From Psammoneis japonica (Eukaryota): 64,000 bases of DNA. The stretch is taken from assembly GCA_008632985.1 (NCBI GenBank), contig QPGO01000003.1, forward strand, positions 186,001-250,000. The letters run 5' to 3'. This document shows, in pieces, positions 46,538 to 59,908 of this stretch. The position numbers were made by a program, and so were the translations under genes. The notes beneath the pieces are model-generated. The model was not told the origin of the DNA and did no database searches. It saw nothing but the letters and a program-made list of their open reading frames with translations. Each line of letters begins with the position of its first letter. The first letter of the stretch is position 1.

Positions 46538-48468
46538 CGGGGACCCCCCGTAAGTCTGTACAACCATCCGATGGAGCATTTTTTGCGAGTTGAACGCAAC
46601 TCTTCTCGTGTTGTCACCGCGACAACCTTCCTTTGAAGTCTGTTGCATGCCAACCTTGTTGTGGCTGTCCTGCTGGTGATCCTTTTCGATAAATCGTTTA
46701 TTCTACTCCTGTTGCTGATGTTTAGTGAAAAGGATCACCAGCAGAAAGTGTTTTGCAACAACAACAATTGCACCTCAATGTCGCCGTCACCAACCAGCAG
46801 CGACACCCCAAACGCCTCCAAGCCGACTCAAATGGAAGAAAAAGCCGACGAACAGAAGCATGCAATCCCGGTGGATGATGCATGGGGCCAGCATGGAAGA
46901 AAACCAGGGTTTCAGTGCCATGGGCAAGTCGCAAAACATCAATGTTCCTTGTCAGTGTTGCGCCAACGTCTCGCATCTCACAAACGTTCGTTTGGTCGTT
47001 GCAACTGTCCTGCTGTCAACACTTTCATATAAGTCGTTTTTTCTGCTCCTGTTGGTGACGTTTGATCGAAAGGATTGACAGCAGCAGGTGTTTTTATGAC
47101 AACAATTGTTTGTCTCTATGTCGCCGTCGCCAAGCCAGCGACACAAAAAACGCCTCCACCAGGTCACCCAAATGGAAGGTGAAGCCGATGGAAAGAAATG
47201 AAGGAAGAGGCGCAAGCAAGAGACACAGAATGCCCTAAGCTGTTCCTTTGTTGATGGAGAAGTTTTGAATGTGAAAATCACCACAAGCTCTGTCTTTTGT
47301 GGATTGGTGGCAAAAAACAAACACGCATTCAGTCAGAGGCGCCGGAAACAAAAAAGGAAAGTCAAGATGTCTCCTGTGGGACATTCACAATGCCTGCCCA
47401 TCAGAGAATGACAGTTTAAGGGTTTGAAACATGGTCTGAGCTGGGACAACTGCAACTAGAAACACTGCTGTTTGTCAGCATGTGCAGCATTCGCCGTGAC
47501 TCCACATTCTAGGTTTTGTTTCTGCAACTCTCATTCTAGGTTGTGTCCAACAGAAAGACTCCACAGAGCATTGCGTTGGTGTCTTACAATGGCAATTGCT
47601 GCAGTGCTTGAGCAACTCCTGCACAGAGAAACACCCAACACACCAGTCGTGCTGCGTTCTCGCTGGTGGGCTTGACTCCGGTCATTGTCGAATAGAAACA
47701 CTCTACAAAGCATCACATTGGTGTCTTGTGATCATGTGTGAACAGTTGTTGCTGTGCTCAAGCAACTCCCACACAGAGAAACCGCTCTCAAGCGTCATCC
47801 TGCCGCATGCCGGCACGCAAGGGCATGCTGCTCCACCGCAGCTCATTTGCAGAAGCAATCGACTGATCAACCAATTTCTCACCCGATTCTTTGGATCCGC
47901 CATCATCAACAGTCTCGGAATCTGACTCAATGTGACGTGTTTCCGAATTGCCAGAAGCATCGGGAGAAGCACAACCTTTGTTCTTCTTGCGTGTGCGAGT
48001 GGCCTGCTTCCGACAAAGTCTGAATTGCCTCCACCACTGCCGCGCCGTCCTTTTCCCTCGCATTGCTGAGGAGATGTTTGTCCCCAATCCTTTGAGGAAG
48101 ACACCCTTCAAAATTCTGTGCATCACAGCAACTGCATTGGAGTTCTTCACCCGCCAGAGCGACAGTGCAGTGGCACTTGCCTCTGCAGTCGTTTGCTGGG
48201 AGGGCAACTGAATTTGATGCGCCTTAGAGGCAGATGAGACATTGGACTTGTGGAGTCCTGGAAAGCCACCAGATTGCAGTGACTTCAGCACAAGGTCACC
48301 ATCCATCCATCCACATGGAACCGCAGCTGGAAAAGCGGCAATAAGAAGCCATGCGGCCTCGACAATCTCCATGGTTGGTTTGCTGTTTTTGTGACAAAAA
48401 AAATGTCACGCAGCAACCACGGAGCTGAAGGAGCCATGGACAACGCACAGACTTGCGGGGGGTCCCCG
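46538..48468. mobile_element. Non-autonomous TIR DNA transposon (about 1.93 kb) flanked by TTAA on both sides
   Basis: TTAA|CGGGGACCCCCCGTAAGTCTGTA (46538-46560) ... CACAGACTTGCGGGGGGTCCCCG|TTAA (48446-48468): 23-bp inverted repeats matching at 21/23; internal direct repeats at 46690-46860 and 47030-47200; no transposase recognised. Confidence 0.8.
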
Positions 48469-48479
48469 TTAAATGCGAA

Positions 48480-51400
48480 ATGCACGCACCATTGAATCAC
48501 GCTGACACGAGTTTGAGCACCCACGCCACCGAGTTTGTTGTGTCCAAACATGAAGCAGAACACAGGAAAAGGACAACAAGCAATGCACCTCAGTTTGGTT
48601 TTGCCCATTTGGGGTTTTCCCAAAATGGCCAGGGCAAGGGGAAGTCAACTTGTCCTTTTGGGAAACACCCAGGAAATGAGGGCAATTTTGTGGGAAGGAA
48701 TGCATGAAAGGGCTCAGGGGAGGGGAACAAAAATGAATGGAGTGCGGCAATGCACAGTGATTGCAGTTAGGCGGGTGTGCTTTTGTCCCCATGACGACTG
48801 ACCGAGTGACCGACGCATGACAATGACCACGTTGTTGAATGCATCGACACATCAACACAAAGCGAGCACCTTGTGGGGGAGTGAGGAAAGAAGAAACTTT
48901 GCCATTAAATCAGCCATGTTAGTGTTGCTTGTGTGCGAGGTTCTGTTTTTGCCTTGTCCTTTGCTGCTCAAGAGCCCCCTTGCGGTTTTTGCACTTGTGG
49001 CCAGCACGTGATGCTGACACACTGTGTTCTGCACATGAGGCAGGTCAAAGGAAAGAACATGCATGACCAGTCAATCCAACACATTTTTGTTGGCCTTGTG
49101 AGGCTGTGCTTTTGCCTTGGCCTTTGCTCTCTAGATGCCTCATGATGGCTTGCATTTGTGGCTGAGAGACAACAACAGAATGATCCCACATGACCCGCTT
49201 CATTCTGCACGCAAGATGTGTCAATTGGAAGAACAAGCATGACTGTTTCAATCTGCCACATTTTCATTGGCCACACACAGCTCTGCTTTTGCCTTGGACT
49301 TTGCTGTGAATGCTGCATGGCTTGCATTTGTGACTGCACGACAAAAGAACAAGTGTGCAGAGACCAATGCACTGGTTTTCTGATCAACATCATTGGCCAC
49401 ACTTCCACTTCATTCTATCTTTTACACCAGCCACAGATCACAAAGTCATTCACAAGATTGACTGGTGTCACTGTTGCTTGACAAAAGCTGTCACAAATGG
49501 GGTGCAAATGTGCCATGGTGTGTTGCCCATTTTTTTGTTGCAACCAGTCGATTGTCAATTTCCGCATCTGCAGAATGCACAGAAATGCACAAGAGGGGAA
49601 GCATGGGGAATCACCAATGCATTGGTTTTTGTTCACATGTGATGTGCATGTGTGACAAAGCATCATTTGTGCTTGCACAAAAGGTGGCAATCCCAGGGAA
49701 TTTTTGGGAGCCCCACAGCAAAACCAAACCAAGCAACACACAGCATGCTGAAAGAAGAGCTTGCTGTGGCCAACATGTGCATGCACAGTGCATGGAACAG
49801 CTTGTGCCAGGCAAGCACTGCTGTGTTGTTTGTCACAGATCTTGTGCAGGGCACACCAGAAGAACTTTGCAACACCTGTCCCTGACAACACCAGAGGCAG
49901 TTTTTTGACACACCAGAAGTGCAGGAAAAAGCACGGCAATTTCAGCCACAGCAGCACTGCAGAAATTGCAGGATTTGGCATCTTGCCATTGAGGTGCCCA
50001 CCAAGAGTCCCGCCAGATTTTTTTTTGCTGGCAGCAAGCCCAATTGCTCACATCTGGACACCATTGACATGTGGCATGCCTGGAAGTCAATGCTTGCACA
50101 TTGCACATTGCTTTGTTGCATTGAGTTGTGGCATGTTTGAAAAGTGTGTGTGCTCTGCACATGAAGCTGTGCTCAACATGAAGAAACTGTGCTCAACTGC
50201 ATGCCCACAAATGTGGTTGTTGAGATTTCAAATTTTCCATTGCTTGTCAAAGTGCAATGACAATGGTGATCATGAACGCAATGTGCTCCATCAATGACCA
50301 CAAACTCACCATGATGCTGACATGTGTGGACAGCTTGCATTTAATTTCATGTGTGTGTGCCTTGCCGGCTTTGAAATTGATTGATCACAGTGAAAAGAGC
50401 TGAAATGTTCAATTTTTTGCCAATCACTTTTTGACTGCATGAGTCAACAACAAGCCCATCACACTCTCATCATGTGCCAAATCTGCCATGCATGAGTTCA
50501 TGAGATGCAATGTGCTGTTGATTGTTGTGGCTGTTGAAGGTGACACCATTGAAAAAATGGCAACAGCAGAGTTGCCATGGCAAGGTGATTTCCATGGTTT
50601 CCAACTGCAGCACACCTGCAGAAATTTGCACTGAAACTGAGTCATGCTTGTTGAGAGTTGGCATGGCTGCGCCACTTTGCACATCATGCCCCCACCATTT
50701 TCTGAGTTGAAGGGCCGGCAGAAAAATGCAATCATGATTCAGCCAGAAAAACAATGACTGGGGCCAAGAGCTCATTTTCCATGTCCCAAAAAAATGCTTC
50801 TGTTGTGAGCATGCCAGGCAATTTGCTCAGAGAGAGTGTGCCTTGCCCCCCTTGGACCATGTGCCGCCCACCACTGCTCTGTGACTTTTTTGCCAAAAAA
50901 TGCAAGGACATGTTCCAGCCCCAGGTGGGAGCTAACAGCACTGACGTGTGACACAATTGTTTTTTGTCATGTCATCTGTCACATGTTTTGCATGTGCTCT
51001 CCCACAGATTTGATCCAGACTTGCTGTTTTGCAAAGCCCCAGACATTTCATTTGACAAATTTGTGGGAAGAACAATGCGCCAGGTGCATTCTTCAACATC
51101 TGAGGAGCACTCCAGGCTGCCAAGCAAAAAATGCAGTGCTTCAACCATGGGCAAGTTTGTGCATTTGCAAAATTGCCTCTTTTTCTGTTGGCAATCATCA
51201 ACACATTCACTGCCTGGTGATTTTTGGTGCTGCCGAGCTCACATGCAGAATTTTGTGGGCCCAATGTCACACGGATTTCTGCCTTCATCTGGAACATGTT
51301 TGAGCACACCCAAGCAAGTGTCAGCCCACACAGTGTTGCTTGCTGTGTTTTGACTTTGACTGTCATTTTTGTGCTTTTTGCAATGCTGTTGACACTTTTC

Positions 51401-51800
51401 AACAAGGGCTTCATTGTGGCATTGGTCGTCTTGATTCCTTTTTCTTGTTCATTCGAGCTTCAGTCATGAGCATGACACTCACAATGTGAACAATCACTGC
51501 AATGAACAACACATCATAAAATTTTCACTCTTGTGTGAAACTGGGTGTGTGCGCGCCACACCCAAGTCTGGAACAAGTTTTCGCATGGGCGCCGTGCGAG
51601 CTGAGTTGTGAGGGAAAGCTGGCTGGGTGTGGGTGCAGCTGATGCAGCCATGTTTTTTCCGACACTCTCACTTTGGGGTTTTGCACAGCAAGTGTGTTTT
51701 CCTGTTTTGCGTGACAAGAAGAAGACTGGTGTGATTTTTTGTGAGTTGTGGGTCGGTCGCATCATTCCTGCACTGGATGTCGTTGCCCTCAAGCCTGCGT
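48480..51800. other. TpA- and CpG-depleted degenerate sequence with an imperfect repeat pair (about 49070-49165 and 49248-49340)
   Basis: Very few TA, TG/CA-rich; tgcttttgccttgg..tttgct...atggcttgcatttgtg.ctg occurs twice. Confidence 0.65.
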
Positions 51801-52230
51801 CATTGTAGGATGCTATTCGTACAAATTCTACATACATGATCTTTGTGTAGAGTCAGTAATGCTGACATCCATTCTGTTGGGATTGATTCATCGTCATCGT
51901 GAAGCTCACGTAAAAAAGACACAAAATTTGCATACGTGGCAGGTCGTAGTTCCATGGGTATGACTGTGTTCATACTCTTATACTCTATTGACATTTTCCT
52001 TCTGATTTCTTGGTACAGATACATCATGAAATGTACGTATGTATCACTAAAAGAGATAATTTCTAAACATTACGACCAACAGCCACGACACAAAATTTTT
52101 CGCACAAAACCGGGATCGCGTCGACGATATCTTTCGACTTGTGCGGTTGGTGTCATAAATCCCGGCCGTTGTCGCTGTTGACAGCAAAGACCGTTTCTGT
52201 TGTTTTTTTTGCTCTATCAACAGCACTACC

Positions 52231-54576
52231 ATGGCTGACGACGCGGAACCCGTGATTGTATCATGGTCAAGTATCTATGTGACTCTCATCATTTCCTTTG
52301 CTCAGGGTCTTATCTTTTATTGGTTCTTCGTCAAGCAACGTTCCAAAGAACAAGCCAAGAACTCGTATGATTTGTACGAACCCCGTCAGCACGCTCGCAA
52401 GCACCGTTCGCCGGAACCCTTTTCGTCCCATTGGATCAAGGATGCGTGGAATTTGGGGGAAGAAGAAACGTTGAGATGTGTCGGATTGGACTCGTACATG
52501 TTTATTCGATTCTTTCGTCTCGGAGCACGAATCACGCTGGTGGGGACCGTACTTTCTCTCATTTTGATTCCCGTCTATGCCACGGGCGAATTGCGGGGAG
52601 ACGAGACGGAACAATTCAATCAGTGGACACTGGCGCGTGTCGAGGAAGGATCCGATCGCATGTGGGCGACGCTCATTTGTTGGTGGATTTATTGTGCCTT
52701 TATTCTCTACGAGTTTTGGACCGAATGGGCGCTCTATTCAAAAAATCGCTCCAAATTCTTAGCTCGTGGAGACGAGGACATGTCGACCGAATTCAAGTAC
52801 GCCGCTGTGGTGGAACAGATTCCAAAGCCCTACCGGAATTCGAGCAAGCTCCAACAATACTTTGAACGGCTCTTTCCCAACAAGGTGCGACAGGCTACCG
52901 TGTATTTGCATGCCGAAGAATTGCAGAGTCTGGTGGACGAACGCCAGACGGTACTGGTGAATATGGAAAAGGCAACCGCCTTTACCAAGGCCAAGCCGGA
53001 AAAGCCCGCGCCTCAAGTCAAGATCAACAAAAACAAGGCGGGGTGTGGAGGTGAAAAGGTGGATGCTCTGGATTACTACCCCGGTGAATTGGAACGTCTC
53101 AATGGTGAAATTGATGAAAAGCGTGCCGAGCTCTTGGGGCAGTTGCAACAAGAAGCAGACGAGGCAAAGCAGCCAACCGAGGAGAACCAAGCCAATGGAG
53201 AAATGGTAGAAGTTGAAGTGGATGACAAGGTCAACATAGTCACCAATAAGGAAGATGAATACGACGAGGACGATGGACTGGCATCCTCCACTGGTATCGT
53301 TACCTTTACCAGTCTCCGCGCCAAACAGGCTGCCGTGCAGTGTGAAATGACGGGCAAGATTGATTCCTTCACGGTCATTCCCGCTCCAGATCCCAAGGGA
53401 ATCCTTTGGAACAACATCACCGTGCCACTGGGTCATCAGCAAAAGTTTCAAATGATCGCGGCAGCGTTTTGGACGGTCGGAGTCTTGTTTTGGGCGGTAC
53501 CCGTTTCCTTTGTCACGTCGCTGGCCAATCTCAATTCCATCTTGACCGCGGCCGGTGCGGGCGAGGTGGATCCCGATACATTTTGGTATGGACTCGTCAG
53601 TGGATTGTTGCCCGTGATCTTTTTAGCCATTCTCATGGCGGTCCTCTACTTGGCCATTGTCGCGTGTGCGACCTACTTTGTCAAGTACAAGAGTATGCCC
53701 CAAGTGGACTCGTACGCGTTCTTTTGGCACATGCTGTACCAATTTGCCAACTTGTGGCTCATTCTGATTGGTGGCAGTGCCGTCAATCAAATTGATGCTT
53801 TAATCAAGGATGTCGGCAGCGTGGTGAATATCTTGGCCACGGCTCTGCCCGGTGCGTCTATTTTCTTTTGCAACATGATTATCGTCGGGTCCTTTGGACA
53901 ATTCGGATTGGAACTGTCCATGCTTCCACAATATGGTGTCACGCTCATTATGAATATCATTCAACCAGAAGAAATGCGGACCCAGCGCATGTTGGATGAA
54001 GCCAAGGTGCCTCCGTTCATTATTTGGGGAAAGGAAGTTCCTCGAGTCGTCTTTATCTTTTTGGTGGCTGTCTTGTATCTACCCATTGTGCCCATTACGC
54101 AAGTCCTTGCTCTCGTGTACTTTGCCGGCAAGTACATTGTGTACAAGCACCAATGTCTTCACGTCTACGCACAAGAATTTGAGGGCGGCGGACAAGCCAC
54201 GTGGCAACAGCTGTTTGGATTCCTCATGGCGTGTCTCTACATGGGACAAGTCGTTTTCATTGCCTACTTGGGAATCAAGGAAGCCGCGGCTCAAGCCGCA
54301 CTCGGGTTTGTGCCTCTGGCCATTTCCATTCTCTTCCATGTCTACCTATCCAAGACGGTGATTGCGCCCCTCAAGAATTTGTCGCTCGAAGTCGCGGCCG
54401 ATGTCGACTTGGTGGATGGTGAACTTGACCGCGATGATGCCAGTGGACAAGAGACCTATGGTCAGCCCGCCTTGAATCCGGATTTGGATGAACGGGAACC
54501 CATGCCTCATCGTCGTGATGCTGCTCTTGTGGAAGAAGCGTCCTTGGAAAAGGAATCAACGGCTGCAGAAGTCTAA
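52231..54576 (+). CDS. OSCA/TMEM63 (CSC1-like) mechanosensitive calcium-permeable channel
   Basis: LYEPR, VGLDSYMFIRFF, ILIPVYATG, KVDALDYY, GIVTF, PAPDPKGILWNN, FWAVPV, KYIVYKHQCLHVY..EFEGGG..W; multiple TM helices; 781 aa, intronless. Confidence 0.95.
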   Translation: MADDAEPVIVSWSSIYVTLIISFAQGLIFYWFFVKQRSKEQAKNSYDLYEPRQHARKHRSPEPFSSHWIKDAWNLGEEETLRCVGLDSYMFIRFFRLGARITLVGTVLSLILIPVYATGELRGDETEQFNQWTLARVEEGSDRMWATLICWWIYCAFILYEFWTEWALYSKNRSKFLARGDEDMSTEFKYAAVVEQIPKPYRNSSKLQQYFERLFPNKVRQATVYLHAEELQSLVDERQTVLVNMEKATAFTKAKPEKPAPQVKINKNKAGCGGEKVDALDYYPGELERLNGEIDEKRAELLGQLQQEADEAKQPTEENQANGEMVEVEVDDKVNIVTNKEDEYDEDDGLASSTGIVTFTSLRAKQAAVQCEMTGKIDSFTVIPAPDPKGILWNNITVPLGHQQKFQMIAAAFWTVGVLFWAVPVSFVTSLANLNSILTAAGAGEVDPDTFWYGLVSGLLPVIFLAILMAVLYLAIVACATYFVKYKSMPQVDSYAFFWHMLYQFANLWLILIGGSAVNQIDALIKDVGSVVNILATALPGASIFFCNMIIVGSFGQFGLELSMLPQYGVTLIMNIIQPEEMRTQRMLDEAKVPPFIIWGKEVPRVVFIFLVAVLYLPIVPITQVLALVYFAGKYIVYKHQCLHVYAQEFEGGGQATWQQLFGFLMACLYMGQVVFIAYLGIKEAAAQAALGFVPLAISILFHVYLSKTVIAPLKNLSLEVAADVDLVDGELDRDDASGQETYGQPALNPDLDEREPMPHRRDAALVEEASLEKESTAAEV

Positions 54577-54964
54577 ATGGGGACTAAGATCGCGAGACAA
54601 TAGTATACGATGGGAGTGTATTGTTGTCGGTTGAATGTAAAAGATTGTAGCGTGTGCATGTTGAGAATAGGAAATCTCGAAAAAGATGGAAAATGTGGTT
54701 CTGGTTTTGGAGTGTGCAGTGGCGCATTTTCAACAGGAATAGTCGAGATGTAAATCTTTAGATTTTCTTTTGTCGTCACGAATTTGGTCTACGTGTCATG
54801 TGCCTCTACTCTCTCTAGCTCCAGCAGCAACCTTTTGGTTTGCTTTGACAGGTTGTCGTGTTTTAGCCTTGATGATTGCCATGTTTACAGTGGCATCCAA
54901 CCACTGGACAGAGTTGCAACCCGACACAAGCAATCAAGTAACTTCAGCGAGCATTTTTAACTGA

Positions 54965-56560
54965 TGCACAGTGAATCAGAGGGGAAGATAAAGTGGCAGT
55001 GGAAGGAGCAGCAGAGTGCAATGCCCCCAAAGGTGAGAGCTCCATCAAATCAGGGATCAACTGCCACAAAAGTCCCACCCCAAACAAGAATCCACCCACT
55101 CAAGCTTTGAATTTGAAGTCCTGGATTTTCACATGCTCTTGTTGTGGAAGGGTTTTTCAAAAGAACAATTAAAACAATGTGGCAAAAAAAAAGAATGTGG
55201 CCAACAGCTTTCATGCCTCCAGAAAGTGATTTCTCCTTTGCCTGTCTTTGTCAATCAATTTTTGCACATCCACAACAAAGTTCTCCCATTTTCCCACATG
55301 CCTCAGGAGCAAAGAGTTGTGCTGTGCTTTTTTTTCTGCCAATTGCCAGCTGCCATGCAACAGGCTTTAGATCTGTCAATGACACCAAGCAACTGTGAGA
55401 AAATGAATTGTCCAGCACTGCTCCACTCTGGCAAACTGGGCTCTGAGTCTGCACCTCTTTCTGAGGTGCCTTGGCTGGCTCAAGACTTGCAAGTGCATGC
55501 TTTCTCAAAGGACTGGGTCACATGCACCATCATGGAGATGAAAAAATGACACTCAGCACTGGTTGGAGGAAAGTGCCTGGAGCACAAGAATGCTGCTGAT
55601 GGAGGAGCCAGCTGCTGGCACAAAACTGCGCTTGAGTCTGGTGGCCACATGCTTGCATCTGCAGATCCTTGGCTCAAACTCAGGCTGCAATGTTGCAGCC
55701 ATGTGAAGCTGTGGTTTTTTGATCTGCATTTGGTGCTTTGCAAGCCTCTGCAAGGGGAAGATCTGTGTTGAACTTGTGAGCTCTCAGGAAGCTGCACAAA
55801 AGACATGTGCGCCAGCAAACTTAGCTGCAAGGGGAAAAATCACAGCTGAAAGACTTTTGCACCAGCTGTTTGTGAAATGTGCAACAATGTGCACATGCAG
55901 CTGAAATGCAAAAAGTGCTGACAGCACCAAAAACAGCCCAAAACAAGCTGCCTGGGTTGCAAGTGACAAGCAACCTGCACGCACAAAACTGCAGCTGCTC
56001 GTGGTCGAGGTGCTTTGAGTCCTTGGCTCTGTTTTGTGCAAGAAGACACCAGTTGGGCAAAAGCAGCTTGTGAGAAAGCAAGATTGTTTTGCCATTTTGA
56101 GAAAGATGCCAGCCCAGGTGTGTGTGGCACAGCACGCTTGCAAAAGAGCAAAAAGCAGCTGCCTCGACAAACCAAGCAAAGGCGCAGCATGTTTGTGGGT
56201 GCAGAAGTGCAGATGCTCCTCTGCGCCACCATGCTTTTTTCTTGCACCCAACAAGGAGCCGTGCCAACAAACACCCAACAAAGCGCGCGCAAAGTGTCCA
56301 GACAAATTGAGCGCCAGCAGCGTCTGCACCACTCGGCTCAAACTGCATGGCTGCTGCTGCTTTTCTCAAATGTAATTCGAGCTGCATGGCTCAGCAGAAA
56401 CAGAGCCAGGCATGCTTCTTGCAGGATCAAAAGAGATGCCTGGCATGCTCTGCAGTGAAGCACACCTTGAAGGTGTCTGGAGTGGAGATGGCTTCGCTGG
56501 CATTTCTCCCAAACCAAAAGCTGCACGGCAGGGCCTCCAGCGCCATCGAGGACAGCATCT
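54965..56560. other. TpA- and CpG-depleted degenerate sequence, origin unrecognised
   Basis: About five TA seen in about 1.6 kb, lying between two normal-composition genes. Confidence 0.75.
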
Positions 56561-56794
56561 TCTTTCCTTTGCGAGTCATCAAAGAGTCATAAAGACAAAA
56601 ATGCATCGGAAAGAATTACGCCCACAAGGTCATGCAACGAAAATAATGACTTTGACATCCGCGGAATGGCATCATTTTTTCTATCACAACACATCGTGAC
56701 GGTTTAGCTTGTGGACCTCTAGATAGGAAACAAGATTGAGGTGATAGGTGCCAATGCATAATGCTGGTTCATCAGTAATCAAACGTTTTTCAAT

Positions 56795-59700
56795 ATGATT
56801 TTCTATGGCCATGTTATTGGCGTTGCTCGTTTCGCTGTACTGGCGGTTTGGATCGTGTTGCCGCACTTGGCCCACGCAGCTCCGAGAGTTGGCGTTTACG
56901 TTCAAGACAATGATATGACGGCGCCTGGTGTTGGTGATTGCAAAGATGAAACTGCCAACGTTATGTCTCTCTTAGAATACTTGAAAGAAACAAACGACAG
57001 TTTCAGGGACTATGAGTGGGACTACTCGATCACGAGATTTAGCGATTCCAAACTAGCATCAAAGCTTGCAGGTTTTGACGCGTTTATCATACCTCGAGTG
57101 TTCATTGGCACGATTCTTACAATCAATGGTTGGGGGACTAAATCGCAAGATCATGTAAGGAACTACGTAGAAAATGGAGGGGCGCTGATTGTGGTGGCCA
57201 ATAGAGAAAGCGCCGTCAGTGGCGTAGTAAACCCAGTTTTTCCCGGTTGGGATACGAGCGACGCTGGCTGGTGTCACGGAACATTCAATATTAACAACGC
57301 AGAAGCTTTCAGAACACCATTCGAAGGAGGACCCGAAATTTTGGATTGTCCGTTAGCGACAAAGCTGATCAATTGTGGAAGCGTCCAGTGCACCCCAATA
57401 TTCGGAAGCAAAACGTCTACCCCATTGGCGTTCGTCCCATACGGAGAAGGGATTGTCATATTTCTTTCGTGGGATTACTTTCGAGGAGGTCGTGGGGTTA
57501 ACATTCCAGGAGTAGGTGTGCATGTTGACTGTCCTGAGATGAATAGCAAGTGGGCAACAGAGATCCTCCCCCGAGCAGTGCAGTTCGCGACATCTCCAAA
57601 TGTTGCAGTTGATATGGTGTGCCTTGATGAACCAGAAGGATGGCATGACTCTGATGGTGAACAGTACAACTGTGCTTGGTATTCAGCCAACAATAATTGC
57701 GAGCAATTTGGTGATTCGTTTACGAACATGGGTGCGACAGCGAATGAGGCTTGCTGCGCCTGTGATGGCGGCCGAAAGGTTGCTTCTCAGGACTCCTCAG
57801 CAACCCGAGAGACATCTGCTCCAACATTTCTACAAACGAGTTCTCCCACATACTCTCCAACAATTGCGCCATCAAGTCGTCCGACCCAAAACCCAACTTC
57901 ATCGCCAACATCCAAACCTTCACCCGTACCCACAGTGCCGCCAACATCTTTACCAACGAAGTATCCGACGAAGTTGCCTACAAAAATACCTACATCAGCT
58001 CCAACAAAGACACCGACATCCAAGCCTTCGCCCGTACCCACAGTGCCGCCAACGTATTTACCAACGCAACATCCGACGAAGATGAATACAAGAATACCTA
58101 CATCAGCTCCGACAAAGTCACCGACATCCAAACCGTCGCCCGGACCAACAGTGCCGCCAACATCGTTACCAACGCAATATCCGACGAACACGCCTACAAA
58201 GGTACCTACACCAGCTCCGACAAAGTCGCCGACACTCACGCCAACGCGATACGTGACGGAGCCTCCGACAGCATTGCCGTCATCAGTAGCCGCAGAGATC
58301 TCGACACATGTAACTACCACTCAACCTACACAGCAGCCGACACCCTCGCCAAGCTCTACGCTAAAGAAAAATCCAACACCGTTCCCCACACGCATTACAA
58401 CAAGGCAGGCTACTACACCAATACCTGCAAAAACAGGGCAAGTATGCTCCAAAAACGGGGACTGCACGTCCAAGGTATGCCGGAGTGGTGTGTGCATGGC
58501 CTCTTCAGAATGCTACCCACTCAAGCACCAATATGGAAAGCGGTTTGATATCCACACTGTGAACCTAGTGTTTGTTGGGTCGGCATTTAACGGAACAACC
58601 CACGAGGCTTGGCGCGGTGAGGTCAAAAAGACATACAGGTTCTTTCGTACTTACAACGCTTTCGGGAAAGATGTTAAACAGCTCAACGTATTTCTTGTAG
58701 ATCCTATTGAGCTGAGTCATTCTTTCTGTCAATATGGATGCCAAGGTGTGGATCGATTGCTGTGTTGCGACGTTGAGATCGCCGAAACACTTGCAAGCAA
58801 GTGCTTCTCTGTAGGTCCCAACCTTCAAACATTGGTGATCCACAACGATTTGAAGTACGGAGGAGCAGGTTACCCCTTTCTCAACATTGCCACAATGTCT
58901 ACGCATGCACTTGGAAGTTTAATTGCCGTTCATGAACTTGGCCATGCACTTTTTGAGCTAAACGATGAATACAGGTACGGAGACGGAAACGACAACGACC
59001 CGAACTGTGATGCCTCTTCAGATTGTTCAAAGTGGGCCGACCTCATTGAAAGCACACCACCGCCGTACACCAAAGTGGAATGCGTTCCGGGATGCCAGAA
59101 CAATCAATATTTTGTTCCCGGTTTCACCTATATGAAAGATCTTGGCGGACCGGTGGGGGTGAGTAGCCCTTGTTCTGCAGCTGCATCTTGGAAAGCCTTC
59201 TGCAAGGCTGATCCATAGGCATCCGTCACAAACAAGACTCGCTCAACCTTTCCATTGCCCCTTTTTCGTTCTTTTCGTTTCGTTCAGGCGGTGAATGAAA
59301 GGTTCTCGTGCTGTACCTATTTGGCGCTCACGAAATCCTTCCCTCCTTATTGCGAGGCCTTCAACGTGTCGCCCGACTATCTTCAAAATTATTGCCAAGG
59401 CAATGACTTCCAGCGATACGGAAGAACCAGCTACGACAAAGAGACGGCTCTTCAAATCAAAGCATCCTTTTCACACTCGAATGAAACTTTGAATCCTAGC
59501 AAGTTTATGTTTGTGAGAGATCCGGTATTGGTCAAGGTGAGGTTGCGGAGAAATGGCAAGGTTATAGTACGCGATGAGCCGTATCCTTTGCCTTCAGGAA
59601 TGTACAAGACTAGGCAGGTGCAAGGTGACTTTAGCAACATCAAAGACGCTTCCCGCCAAGGTGCTGACTCCATAGTGAAGGTCAAAATATTTTACAAAAC

Positions 59701-59908
59701 GGGGAAAGAGATTCTGTACTTCTCGCGCAACTTGACAGTCGACGTTCCGTTGTTACCCCCGACGATGGAACAATTTACTCAGAACGAAGCTGGTCCCAGG
59801 CGATTTTATCCAAAGGCCAAATCCATAGAGATGGTTCTCGAGAGGAACGAAAGAAAGATACGACGGTTCCGTGGACAGATCATTGAAACAGCTGCTACCA
59901 AAACATGA
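56795..59908 (+). CDS. M64 metallopeptidase copy D: signal peptide, class-I glutamine-amidotransferase-like fold domain, CxDxPxGWHD module, PT linker, M64; one intron at 59159-59287
   Basis: LAGFDAFIIP...VRNYVENGGALIV...YGEGIVIFLSWDY; CLDEPEGWHDSDGEQYNCAWY; HELGHALFELNDEY; splicing GGG|GTGAGT...TTCAG|GCG restores PVGAVNERFSCC as in the paralogs. Confidence 0.92.

Noticed and set aside
50270..50320. Minus-strand VVIDGAH resembling the ParB/Srx IDGxHR motif
   Set aside because: Too short and in heavily mutated DNA; no supporting context.
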